Below are positions 33,258 to 45,811 of a DNA stretch of 64,000 nucleotides, one piece after another. The position numbers were made by a program, and so were the translations under genes. This stretch comes from Hydrolagus colliei (lineage: Eukaryota), in NCBI GenBank assembly GCA_035084275.1, contig CM068757.1, forward strand, positions 5,952,001 through 6,016,000, written 5' to 3'. The notes beneath the pieces were generated by a model, which had not been told where the DNA came from, made no database searches, and saw only the letters and a list, made by a program, of their open reading frames with translations. The stretch's first letter is position 1. Each line of letters begins with the position of its first letter.

Positions 33258-35765
33258 ATGGAGCCAAGTGGAGACGCAGGAGGAGCAACCATTGCTGGTC
33301 CTACAGATGAAAGTTACTTTGTGAGCTACACCTTCACGGATAAGTTACATTCGGCACGCGTTGCACAAAGTATTATGGATCTGTGCCTCGAGGACAGACA
33401 ATTTGCAGATGTTGTTATCTCTGTAGAAGGCAAAGATTTCCAGCTCCATCGGCTGGTGCTTTCTGCTCAGAGCTGCTTCTTCCGCTCCATGTTCACCTCA
33501 AACTTAAAGGAAGCTCGTAATCAGTTTATAGAACTCAAAGATGTGAATGCCAGTGTCTTTCAGCTCCTAGTGGATTATATTTATCGGGGGTCTGTAAAGC
33601 TGAGGGTAGAGGACCTTCAGGACATGTACGAGGTGGCAGACATGTACCAGTTGACCTCACTCTTTGAGGAGTGTTCTCGTTTCCTAGCTCGGACAGTCGA
33701 CGTCAGGACGTGTTTGCAGGTCATGTGGTTAGCAGATCAACACAGCGACCAGAAGCTCTACACAGCAGCAAAGCAATGTGCAAAGACACACCTGTCGCAG
33801 GTTCACCAGACGGAAGACTTCCTGGAACTGCCTTTGAGACTCCTCACAGACATCATCAAAGGTACCAGATTTTTCCATTGCAGTTTTACTTAACAATCAT
33901 ACATGGACATTTGAGGGAGCCTCAAAAGGTTAGAGAGTGTACAGGTCATTTGGGGATAAGACCTGTAGATTTCTCCAAAAGAAATGACTTTAATAATTAC
34001 AATAATCCTATCGCACTTTTCTAGACGTCTCAAAAAGCACTTCACACAATATACTGTAAAGTTAATTGACTGTACATTTGCGGGCGAAATGCGGCAAGCA
34101 ATTGCGCACATCACTCAGGTTGAGTTAAAATGTCTAAATTTCTGCCAAAATAATGCAAGGAAATTGAATAACATTTTATTTCAAAATCCTCTAGATGGTG
34201 TTCCCAGTTCTCAAAAGCCAGCAAAAGCCATAGAAGCTTGGATAGAGCACAACAAGGAAGAGCGAGCAGGACTCTCTGAGACCCTGACATCCAGCCTAAA
34301 GGTGCTGACCTTTAAAGTTTGTGAATGAATGTAAAATGGATGTTTCGTACTGACTGGAGTAAAGTTATCAAAAAATGATCCACATGGGGTTCAAAAATCT
34401 ACATTAATTTCCATAATTGTTGAGGAAGTTTGTGGTGAGATATGAGCAACCAATTAAAATTGCTAGATAAAGGGTTTACTAAATCCAACTATCAAAGCTG
34501 CTATTGGTAAAATTGCAGATACAGTAGTTCATGTAAGATGTTGAAGACTGGGACATTCTATTTTTGAGTCTTTTATTTTTATATCATCAGCCATGTACCT
34601 TTCTTGAAACAGTTGGATCAAAGCTGGTGATATAAACATGGCTTTTTGTGCCCAGTGGGTAAGCAGCCTTTGTCCTGGTTCACCAATTACAGACAGCACA
34701 TTTTGTTTCAGCCTCTCGGTTTTACTGGTGCTGCCAATATCAAACACAAAAATTCAATTAACTCTTTCACTGCTTGATATAAAACACAAACCAATCATTC
34801 TGTCTGAAAAAGAAAAAGCTATGAATCAAGTTTTTAGTCGAAAGAAGATGCAAATTGTATTAAACAGCTAATTTTACTGACCATATTGCAATTTTTGTTT
34901 CAAACAGGAGATCAGTGAAATTGTTCATATCTATCTGATTGGGAAGGAAGACACACGGACACACTCTCTGGCAGTTTCCCTGCACTGCGGTGACGACACA
35001 ATCAGTGTCAGTGGGCAGAATAGGCTTCGGCAGCAGATCACGGCTGCGTGCAAGCACGGCAGCGACCTGTACGTGGTGGGAGGCCCCATCCCGCGTCGCA
35101 TGTGGAAGTGCAATATGGAGACGATGGACTGGGAACAGTGCGCATCCCTGCCAAGAGATCGCCTTCACCACACACTGGTGTCCGTGCCGAGTGAGGGTGC
35201 CATTTACTCACTGGGCGGCAAAACCCTCCAGGATACACTCTCCAGTGCGATCATGTACTACCAAGTGCGTGATAACGTTTGGGTGGAGACCAATCAACTT
35301 GACACGGCAGTTTCATCTGCCGCGGGTGTCAACCTTAACGGGACAATCTATCTTCTGGGCGGAGAGGAGAATGACCTGGACTTCTTTACAAAACCATCCC
35401 GTCTCATCCAGTGCGTTGACACGCAATCGAGGACGTGCCACTTGAAGTCATACCTCCTTCCCTTCGCCGGGCGAATGCACGCAGCCATTCACAAGGACTT
35501 GATCTTTATTGTGGCCGAGGGCGATTCTTTAGTGTGCTACAATCCGCTACTTGACAGCTTCACGAGACTGCGTTTCCCAGAGGTTTGGAGCCGTGTTCCC
35601 TCCCTCTGGAAGATCGCAAGCTGCAACGGCTGTATCTATGTATTCAGAGACAAATGTAAAAAGGGGGATGCCAATACATTAAAACTGAATCCTGCCACGT
35701 CTGTGGTTTCAGTGATACGTGGATTTGAGATACTGTTGACAAATTGGCAGTTTGTCTTGGCTTGA
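33258..35765 (+). CDS. KBTBD4: Kelch repeat and BTB domain-containing protein 4, 522 aa, 3 coding exons
   Basis: Exons 33258-33861, 34195-34301, 34908-35765 (1569 nt, in phase). BTB FQLHRLVLSAQSCFFRSMFTSNLKEA; kelch LYVVGGPIPRRMWKC, GGEENDLDFFTKPSRLIQC; C-terminal LLTNWQFVLA. Confidence 0.98.
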
Positions 35766-36099
35766 CCCTTGACTAATGGAAATGAAACTTAAGTAAAAAA
35801 AAATCTGAATAGAATTATGTTCTGACAAGTTACGGGATAGTATTGCATTGCCGAAAAATTGTAAGTCAGATGTGGCAATTTAAATCAGTATCTCACCATA
35901 ATTGTATTATCTATTTTTCCAGGCAGCGATAGTGGTCAGACATTTACTGTATTCAGCAGACCAACACAAGAATTAGTGACCTGAAGCAACTTGGTATTCT
36001 GTTCACCGGCTGTAGTGAAATTATTGCTTTTTGAAAAGCAATCGATCAGAATCGATCAACCAGGCTATATTATTTGTCTTGTTTTCATTTGCATTACTC

Positions 36100-36105
36100 A
36101 ATAAA
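36100..36105 (+). terminator. Candidate KBTBD4 polyadenylation signal
   Basis: First AATAAA after the stop; alternatives exist downstream (e.g. near 37147). Confidence 0.35.
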
Positions 36106-36814
36106 TATTAGCTACCAAACCATTTTACTTAGTTTCTGTTTGGGATTGTGCTAAATAGGAAGTAGAGCTGTGTAATTCAATGGAGTCAGTACTTTCCATG
36201 TAAACCTTACTTTTACAGCATTAGGATGATAAATTTTTATTTCTAAAAAAATTGCTTTCTAGCATAATATGAAATTTAGAGTCCCCTACATACACAGTTT
36301 GTCAAAGAAAGAGGACAGTGTTTCACTCTTTACGGAGTTGAACCATTTTCCCCCCCAGCAAATTACATAGTGCATTTGAAAAGATCTTCATTTTAAATGT
36401 ACTGTTGTGTGAAATATTTCTTAAACGTGGTGAAATAGTATCGTAATGATTCAAACATTTAAGTATATATTGTTTGCTTTACTGACATATTTTAATGATA
36501 ATGTAGCTGTAATGTATTGGAAACAAAAAATGTAATTGAAAAAATAAGGGTCACACTGCTCTTTTAAGAGCCAGGACCCACACAGTGGACCCTTACTCTA
36601 TGCTAAAAGTTTGATAAAATAATCATCGTTGTTTTATGATATAGCACATTATCACGTCAAAATATCTCAAAGCACTTCACAGGATTTTTCTGTAAAGTGT
36701 AAATAGTGGGACTTTCTCCCGACGTGAAAGGCGCTCTATAAATTTAAATAAAATGTAATTTTGTTGATAGTGTGTATTCTGGTGGTATTTACTGCATTAC
36801 ACAGCTAGCCTGAC

Positions 36815-36865
36815 AGTCTCCCTATACAACAAAAACTGCTATGGTTTTTGTTGTATAGGGAGACT
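36815..36865. repeat. Perfect 22-bp inverted repeat with 7-nt loop
   Basis: AGTCTCCCTATACAACAAAAAC (36815-36836), loop TGCTATG, GTTTTTGTTGTATAGGGAGACT (36844-36865). Confidence 0.96.
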
Positions 36866-38283
36866 ATACAAGTCTATACTGTTGTATAGCTTGCTTTATA
36901 AAATCCATCTTTACTGAAAATCCTTAAGGGTCATTCATGTCTTAGGTGACTGCTCAAACTTGGACAAATCAAAGGGCTACAAATTGAAATAATGTATATT
37001 TGAAGTCTGCGTTCAATTGTTTACTGGTACAGGTTTTGAAGAAATTAAATTGCTACATTATCTCATTGACCATTAACGCAAGGTAATGGTAAAGATAAAG
37101 TCTCTTAGTTAATTAAGTTTCAGTAACACTGTGCATAAATATTTGAAATAAAGTGAGTGGTTAAATGTTTTAAAGCATTCTCCGAAATATTTACTAAGAT
37201 GACAGTTGTCAAAGCGCTTTCAAAGATGCTGCTACTTATACATGCTTTGAATGAACAAAGTAGGTAAAGAATGATAAAAAGCCAAACCTCATCAGGCTGC
37301 TCTACTAATGTTTATTTATATTAATGTTAAAACAGATTCCTTTTTTTTTTACAAACGCATATTCTCCATTGCGTCAAAAGTCTTCAACACCTGAGGCAAC
37401 TATAACATTAAACATTTATATACCAGATTTCACATTGGGTAGATGTCTCAAAATGCTTCACACACCTAAAACAGCATAGTTTTAAAACAGGGCTGGCATT
37501 TTGCTAGTTGGTGAATTGAATTGGTGCCAAATCAATTCAACTAATGATCTGAAAAACTTGGCAATATCTTTCAATGACGCTAGAAGTTTCTTATTCTACA
37601 GTTCAGCACTGATAGTGCCACAGTGACATCTAATGGAAGCAATTCCATCTGTATCTATATTTACTCTAATTATGCAGCATTTCATGTTCAGTGCTCACAT
37701 TCTCAACATCAACTTTATGTATGTTTTCTGCAATTCTTAAAAGAACTTACAGATACCAAGCCTGAAAATAAAGGCTGTATTTAAGAATTTGCCAAAGTGT
37801 GGATGCTCTATAAAGCTAGAGTGTAAATCTATATGACCTGGTCAAATTTCTCAAAGAATTGCATTCAATTAAAATTGTGTTGTTTTATCAAAGTGAATAA
37901 TAGAATAAATAAACAACGCAATTTGTTTCAGTGCTAAATCCTCATAAATTGAGATCTTAACAAAATTACATAAATAAAACATTGAAATGTTGTGTGTGGC
38001 TTCGCCAACTTATCTTCATGAACAGCAAAAACAGTCCAAACAAAACAGAAGTTCAAAATGGTCCAATTTCCAAATCAAACCAACTTTAAAACCATCTTGC
38101 CATTGCTGGACAATAAGGAATTAAGAAACAAACAAAACAAATGAACAAATTGATCAGTGCCAAAAGTTAGTGCTGAAAATGTAGGCTTCAGTCCAGTTCC
38201 CACTGGGTGGTATAAGAGGTGAAATCATGCCCAGCAATGTTACATATTAAGGAAATCACCACTCGAAGCTTCTCAGTTCTGGT

Positions 38284-41200
38284 CTATGGTGTGCTGCGAG
38301 ATTCCACTAAACACAGTTCTTCATAGTAATGATTCAGGACTTTAAACTGGCCATGGTGAACAATGATGTGAGGTCGGATAGAAGCAATATAATCGCAGGC
38401 CTTTTCTGGACTCCAAAGATGCAGCTGAAAGGCAGGCAGGCAGGACAGGAATTAACCTTAATTAGAAGTGATGGGAAACCCTCGAAAATCTTTTTATTCA
38501 GAAAAAGTTTGATTTCCTTAAAACGATTGACACATATATACTGATATATTTTAGTTGTGTTGCTGCTAGGAGTCTAATGAGACCCCTTCCCCACAGCTGC
38601 TGGTGTACATAACAAGCAAAATCAGCAACCGCTTTGAGTCAAGTCCAGATGAATTCACATTTTTATTTGAGAACTCTGCAACTGCACAAAATCACGAAGC
38701 CGGTGGCTTTACTGTGACTGATATTTGAATCACGAATATAAAAAGTGGGAGCAGTAGGCCATTCGGCCCATCGAGCCTGCCCCGCCATTCAATCATGGCT
38801 TTTGGTTTCTCCAACCAGGGGAAACAATCTCCCACTATCAACTTTTATTATTTTATTTTATTGTCCCCTTAATAATCTTATAGGTTTCTATATATTAAGG
38901 AAATATCTAATTATATTATATCTAATTCTTCTATATTCCAGAGAATATAGGCTCAAATTAATCAACCTATCATCATAACTCATCTCCCTCATGCCAGGAA
39001 CTAACCTAGTAAACCTACGCTGCACTCCCTCCAAGGCAAGTACATCCTTTCTTAAATAAGGAGACCAAAACTGCACACAGTATTCCAGGTGCGGTCTCAC
39101 CAGGGTCCTATACAGCTGCAGCAAGACTTCCCTACTCTTATACTTTAACCCTTTCATAATGAAAGCTAACATACCGTTAGCCTTCCTAATTGCCTGCTGC
39201 ACCTGCATACTAACTTTCTATGTTTGGTGTACAAGGACACCCAAGTCCCTCTGGATGGTAACACTTTCTAATCTCTCCCCCTCTAAAAAATAACCCGCTC
39301 TACTGTTTTTGCCACCTAGGTGGATGACTTCACACTTAAAGAGTCTTCTGGAGTGATTTTTAATGTTCAATGTAAAATTAAACAAATATCTTTGATCGAA
39401 TATTTCTCAATTGCTTTAGAAATATTCATTCAGGTCTAAATTCCAAAAGCTGATTGTCAAGATCAGCTGCTATTGAAAATACCTGAATTAAATATGCTGC
39501 CACCATGGTGGCACTGCGGGATCGGCCAGCCTTGCAGTGCACATACACACTGTTTCCATCTTTGCGGTGTTTTACAAGAAAATGGACACCCTTCTTGAGA
39601 TTCTCTAATGTCGGGACTCCAGTGATATCAATGGTGCTGAGACGCAATTGCTCCACACCAAGCCCATGCCATTCCTGAAACACAAACTTAAAATCAGGCT
39701 TCAATACAGAAAAAAGACAACTGACAAGAAATTGTTATCCTGTTAGAAACTGTGGAGCAAAGTGAAGGAATTTCTTTGCTTAGAGGGTTATTAGGGTTTG
39801 GTATATATTACCACAGGTGGCTACAGAAGCTAGATTAATATTCAAATTCAAAAGGATATAAACTGGATAAGCACCTGAATAAGACAATTGTTACGGAATA
39901 TGGAAAAGGTGCTGGAAAGTGAGATTTATTAAAGAAAACATGATTTATAAAAACTGCAGTAGTGCAAAAATAATAATGGAAATCCCCCAGGGCTGAAAAT
40001 GTGTTTCCAGTCAGTTGACAGCACAAACTCTGCCATGTTAATTTCAGTTCAACAAGCTAAAATGTCAACAAAAATATAAATCCAATAGTAAGGAGTAAGC
40101 AATTACATCCAGAAAACGTGCAGGGCATAAATCATTCAACTAAAAGCTTAAGCAGTTTCCACCTGCTTTTTAAATCCACTGTCTATGTTATACTTCTCCA
40201 CATTTCTTAAGACTTTTTTGTATTATTCGGCAGTGATTTTGTGTTTAGACACTTGGTTCATCCCACAGTCCCTCCGCCTCGCCCCCTCCCTGGCCTCTTT
40301 CAAGTTGCTCCTCAAGACCCTCCTCTTCGACGGTCCCTAGTCACCCCAAATCCCCCTTTCCCTCCACGTTCCCAACTCGACAGCACCTTGAGACATCCTC
40401 CTGACGTGAGAAGTGCACTATAGAAGTGTAATTTTGTTATTGTTGTTCATGATTAGTGTCTCAGATCAAGTGGTACATGGAACTGACACTACAGTAGATG
40501 ACAAAGTATACCTAATAATAATATAGGCCTCAGTAACAGCAGGTCAATTACTAATGCAACACAATTGGGGGTAGCAGATGAATAAGAAATAACAACATTT
40601 ATGCGCATAATAATCACAATGTTTGCACGTTTTACAGTTCACGTCAGCAGAAAAAGCTCCCCAAGGCATAGGTCCTTCAACTGATGAAGAACGTCTGCTT
40701 TAATTTGGTTTCAGGCAACTATTGCTTCCATTTGATTTTGCGCCTTCATGTCTGGTAGATAGTCTTACCGTAAAGTGTAGTGACTGCATGCAATAGATTT
40801 CATTTGTTTTAAGCTCACCTCAGCTGAATTAACGAAGAACTTGGTTTCATATTCTTCATTCATGGTGATCACTCCTCGCACATTCTCATTTTTTACTAAC
40901 TAAAAAAAAGACAAAAAACGTAGTTAGTTCTCTTTGTTCAAAGAAAATTAATATATTCCATTACATCTGAACACAATTCCCTAAAAAATGTGTTTTGCTG
41001 CATAATAATCTTTGCATTTGATAAAGCAGCTTTCAAGTCAGGGGAGCGTCTCAAAGCGCTTGACTGGATTTTACTGTGAAATGTAGTGATTGTGTATTTT
41101 GTAGGTAAACACTGTCGCTAATTTGTGCGCTGCAATACCTCACAAACAGCTGGGAATTGAATGATCAATTATTATTTCTGGGGGCTTTCTAGCCAGAATA

Positions 41201-41870
41201 CCAGAAGTTCCCCTTCCATGTGTCTGTGTGTGTGTGTGTGTGGAGGGGTGGTGACATTAACCAGTGTGTGTATGTGTGTGGGGGGGGGGGGGGTTGACAT
41301 TGACCTGTGTCTGTGTGTGTGTGTGTTGGGGCTGTGTTAGTGTGTGTAGGCAGTGTGTGTGGGGGGGGGGGGGGGGGGGGAAGGGACTGTGTGGTGGGGG
41401 GGAACTGTGTGTGTATGGGAGGAGGGACTGTGTTAGTGTGGGGGGGCGGGCGGAGGGGACTGTGTATGTGTGTGGTGGTGTGGGACTGTATGTGTGTGGT
41501 GGGGGGGAAAGGACTGTATGTGTGTGTATGGTGGGGGGGGGGAAACTTTGTGTGTGTGTTGGGGGGGGGACTGTGTATGTGTGTGGTTGGGGGGAGGGAA
41601 GGGACTGTGTGTGTGTGGTTGGGGGGAGGACTGTATATGTGTATGTGTGTGGTTGGGGGGAGGGAGGGAAGGGACTGTGTGTGTGTGTTGGGGGATGGGG
41701 CAGAGGCTCAGCCTGGCTCCTACCTCCTGGGTGAGGGAGCGGAAGGGCAGCGCCCCCAGAATCACCGTCTCGTCGATCCTATCGTACCAGTGTCGGCCGT
41801 AGACCTTGGTCATGAGGACATTGTACAGGAGAGTGGGGTAGAAGACAACCCGAGCCAGGACTCCCGCCAT
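38284..41870 (-). CDS. PTPMT1: Mitochondrial phosphatidylglycerophosphatase / protein tyrosine phosphatase 1, 186 aa, 4 exons
   Basis: Exons 41870-41724, 40899-40819, 39674-39483, 38424-38284 (561 nt, in phase). [35 protein letters not shown], intact active site [22 protein letters not shown]. Confidence 0.96.
38735..39290 (-). mobile_element. CR1 LINE 3' fragment in PTPMT1 intron 3
   Basis: ORF 38888-39208 [53 protein letters not shown] is the CR1 ORF2 C-terminus; 3' end GGGCCGAATGGCCTACTGCTCC near 38745-38770. Confidence 0.92.
41221..41700. repeat. GT/G-run minisatellite in PTPMT1 intron 1
   Basis: About a dozen variable units of GGGACTGT(GT/AT)n..TGG(T)TG-run. Confidence 0.9.
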
Positions 41871-42019
41871 CCCCCGGGCCCCGCATCCCGCCCAAAACAC
41901 ACTTCCGGTGACAAGCCAGGGACCCCGGATGAGTCCTCGGAGCATGCGCAATGTCGCTCCCCCCCCCCCCCCCCCCCCCCCACCCGCATTGGCTTGTCAT
42001 TGGATCCTGAGCATCAACA

Positions 42020-42910
42020 ACAATAATAACAACATGATAACCACAAGAACAATAATATCAACAACAACATAAATAACAATATCAACAATATCAATAATAT
42101 CAACAATAATAACAACAATAATAATAACGACAACAACAAAATTACATTTATGGAGCGCCTTTCACCTCGGGAGGACGTCCCAAGGTCGGGACCCGAGCGG
42201 ACGATTGCGCACAGCGGTGTCCCACAAACTGTCGTGGATTGAAAGGAACTATTTATTATTGTTTATGTTTCTTTTCCTCTTGAGGGATATATCGTAGCGC
42301 ACCCAGGTTTCTCGCTTGCGAGGCGTGCGCTCTGACCACTGAGTTACAGGCCTCCACATGACATTTGTATAGTGTGTTTCACGTTGGGAGGATGCCCCAA
42401 GCTGCTGGATGGTCAGAGTTTTGGACCTGAACTGGAGATCAGGGAAGGTGGAGGGGAGGTGGCGAGGGGGGGCTGTGGTGGAGTGGTTTTGAATGATAGC
42501 ACGGTCAAAGTGGAGGGTTTTGAGGGGGGACTTGAAGGAGTTTAGGGAGAGGGCTTGTTTTCTTGTCTCCACATCCCTCCACTTACCTCTCTCATCTCTC
42601 TCCTCACAACAGTACCCATTGCCTTCGCTCTACTGGGTCTGGCCTCCTCCTTGTCCCCGAATCCTTCGCTCCACCATAGTGCCTTCAGCCACTACGCCCC
42701 GAGGCTCTAGAACTCCCTTCCTTACACCCTTCACCTCGACACCTTCTCTTCCTACTTTCAGGTCTCGGCTAAAGACCTTTCTTTTTGACCGCGCTTTTGG
42801 TCACCTTTTTCCCCTTTCCCCTGGCTCGGCCCCGGGATCCGTTATTGGGAAGCACTCTGAGACGCCACCCGGCATGGAGGGCACTATGTGAATCCAAGTT
42901 GTTATTGAGG
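42020..42910. mobile_element. Cluster of SINE/L2 fragments upstream of PTPMT1, including a long (AAC/AAT)n tail and inverted L2 pieces
   Basis: (AAC/AAT)n 42020-42140; L2/SINE tail to 42240; SINE head about 42297-42357 (-); L2 about 42400-42560 (-) and 42615-42907 (+). Confidence 0.8.
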
Positions 42911-45811
42911 CAGAGTGATTGCAGGATCCAGCGGTTGGAGGCAGAGTGGCTGAAGGCTGACCCATTATTGGTGGGCAGGTGTTTTGGGGACGTTGCCTGG
43001 AGCTTTTACTTAGCAAACTAAGTAAAATAGGAAAGGATTAGGCCATTCAGCCCCTTCAGCCTGTTCCGCCATTCTATAAGATCACGGCTGATCTGAACCT
43101 CAAGTCCAATTACTTGCCCTTGCCCCATACCCATTCCTAATACAGCAATTAGGACCCATTCCTAATACATTTCTCTCCACCTTAGGTGAATAATAATAAT
43201 AATAATAATAACCCTTGCATTTGGATTGGCTTATCATTTCTTTGAGATGTCTCAAAGCGCTTCACAAGGTATACTGTCAAGTTAAATGACTGTATATTTT
43301 GTGGACAAAAAGCAGGAACCAATTGCACACAGCAGTGCCCCACAGTCATGTTATTTATTTACTTGTTGGATGAGTTCATCGATATTGGATCCCCTTTCCC
43401 GAACACCCTCACTGGACCCAACGTCGGTGCCAGGCACATCAGCAGCAACAAATTAAGCAACTCATTATATTTGTATAGAGACTATCACGTCAGGACAATG
43501 TCCCAAGGCACTGGCAGTCCTTTCAGATCATGGACACATTGGGCTAATGGTCTCCTGTGCTGAAGAATCTTCATGATTGCAACAGTGTATCATGATTGCA
43601 AAAGCACTTTCTAACACACGTTCTACGAGAATGTTCTCATTCTCCCTTAAAACAGCAATTGTCCTGTTCCTGTATAATGACCAACTTACTGAGACAATAG
43701 ACATTGAATGAGTTTTATTTTTCACATTTTGTGTTTTTTTTAAACATAATGAGGTACAGAGAGTCAGGTTCCATTCCTGCAAATATGTGATGTACATTAC
43801 ATCATGTCAGACTAGTTCTAACACAATAACTACAATATTTAAATTACGTTTGGGAATGTTTTCTTCATACGATGCACAAGGTGAGGGTAGCAGCTCACTG
43901 TTCTCTCACCATCTTAGATTTCTGAAATATCACTTTAAAATGCCAGAAAATTCACACGAATATTCAATACTAGCATAATTGCCCATTTTATTGGAATACA
44001 TGTACAAATATAGCAGAAAGTGACAACAACTTGCACTCATATAGCACCTTTCACGTAGTAAAACATCTTTGAACATTTCACAGAGTCAGCAGTCAATCAA
44101 CAACATGAAGAAAAAAATTACATTTATTGAGCGCCTTTCAAGTTGAGAATTCATCCAAAGGCAGCATGGTGGAAGAGAAGTTGGCAGAAGGCACATCAAA
44201 GAGGTAGGGAGTTTAGGCTGTGGTGAGGATTGGACAGAGATGGAGGCAGGTAACACTGCATATATTGTACAAATACGATTCCCCACTTAAAATACCAGTT
44301 AAGAAAAATTAATCCGTCCCATATGTATTATATAGCACCTCCACGCATCTGGTTATGCACAGTGCGACAATCACATTTTGCTAGCCTTCAACACTTGGCA
44401 TCCCTCCTTCACTCAAACTGAAAACATCTTTTCCTCGCACTTTGCAGATCACCGCTACTGCAATCCCCAGAATTCACTCGCATATTTTTGGTTGAAGGAT
44501 TTAGTGCTTCGCAGTTAGTTCATAATATTTCAATAATTGTTCACCAGTTTAGTTTGGACCTTTAGCTTCAAGGCCTGAGGCTTGAACACGTAACCTTGCA
44601 GACCACCAACTGAGCCGAGCTGCGGCCTATAACACTGAAATACTGTAAACAATTTACATTCATAAAGCATCCTTTCACATCAGGGTTGTCTCCAATGCTC
44701 GACTCTCTGACTGGATAGCCAACAACAACAACAACAACAACTTCAATTTATATAGTGCCCTCCACGCAGGGTAGTGTCTCAGAATACCTCGGCCGAAATA
44801 GGAATGTGAGTCCAAATTGGTGGGGAGGGCAAAGGTGACTGAAAGCGGCGTCAAAGAGTTGCATCTGGAGAACGGGCTTTCAATGAGGGAAGACAGAAGC
44901 AAGTCAGAGGGGCTCACAAGTCAGAGGCGCTCTGTTTGTGGCCATTTCATGATTAAATGGGTTAATGAGATTATCTACCCTCCAGTGAAATCTTTGAACT
45001 CTGTACTTGCAGCTTCGAATTTTCCTTCAGATATCCTCAAATATTTTGGAATGTTAAGAACATGATGTCCTATACAGTTCAGCACACTGTACACTGGTAC
45101 ACGCATTCAGCCTGGCAACCCACCCCCTCCTCACATAGGCACACCTGTCAGCCCATGTTTTTGGGGGGCATATTCATATCCTGATTGGCTGTAACACTTT
45201 GCCAAAGCTGGATATAATACTGTTCCCTCTTATTCTTTGCAACAAAGAGAAAGTAAGCAGTATTCTATTAGGAGGCAAGCTTGATCCCAACCTCCTTAGG
45301 GTAAGTTGTAAAGGGATCCGTTAATCCTATAGGACTCACAGTTTTCTTGGCAACTAGCCATGTGGTGGAACGATTAAAATCAGTTCTGACTGAAGAACTG
45401 TAGAACAGGCTGGTTAGAGCACTGCTCAGAGTGGCCCTTGAGCAATACACTGCTTTGAATTATGCCCCTCGAAGAGACAATTAGCCACTAAGACTGCTCT
45501 GAGTAATGATAACTTGGCTTTGGATGCTCCTCAAAGCATTAGTATCGTAAGTTCTAGTAATGAACAGCATTGTTCAGTTAGAAATCAAATCTTTCCCAAT
45601 TCAGAATTCTTTCTCTGAATTTCTGGGCTTAGTCCAGGTGCAAAGACAATCAGCTTTGTTTTATACCATCATGAATCCTGAAACCATGCCATGTCGTCAC
45701 AGAAACACTAAACTTCATTCACATATTTATGGAACAATAGCACCATGATTGGGCCAATTCAATCCTGTTGTACTATAATTACTTGGAGCCTCATTTTCTC
45801 TTCTGCCTCTT

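Noticed and set aside
41264-42026. Long Gly/Val/Cys- or Pro/His/Thr-rich ORFs (also 24817-25272, 30875-31502, 50000-50649)
   Set aside because: Translations of simple repeats and purine-rich L2 fragments, except the parts that are true PTPMT1/NDUFS3 exon 1.
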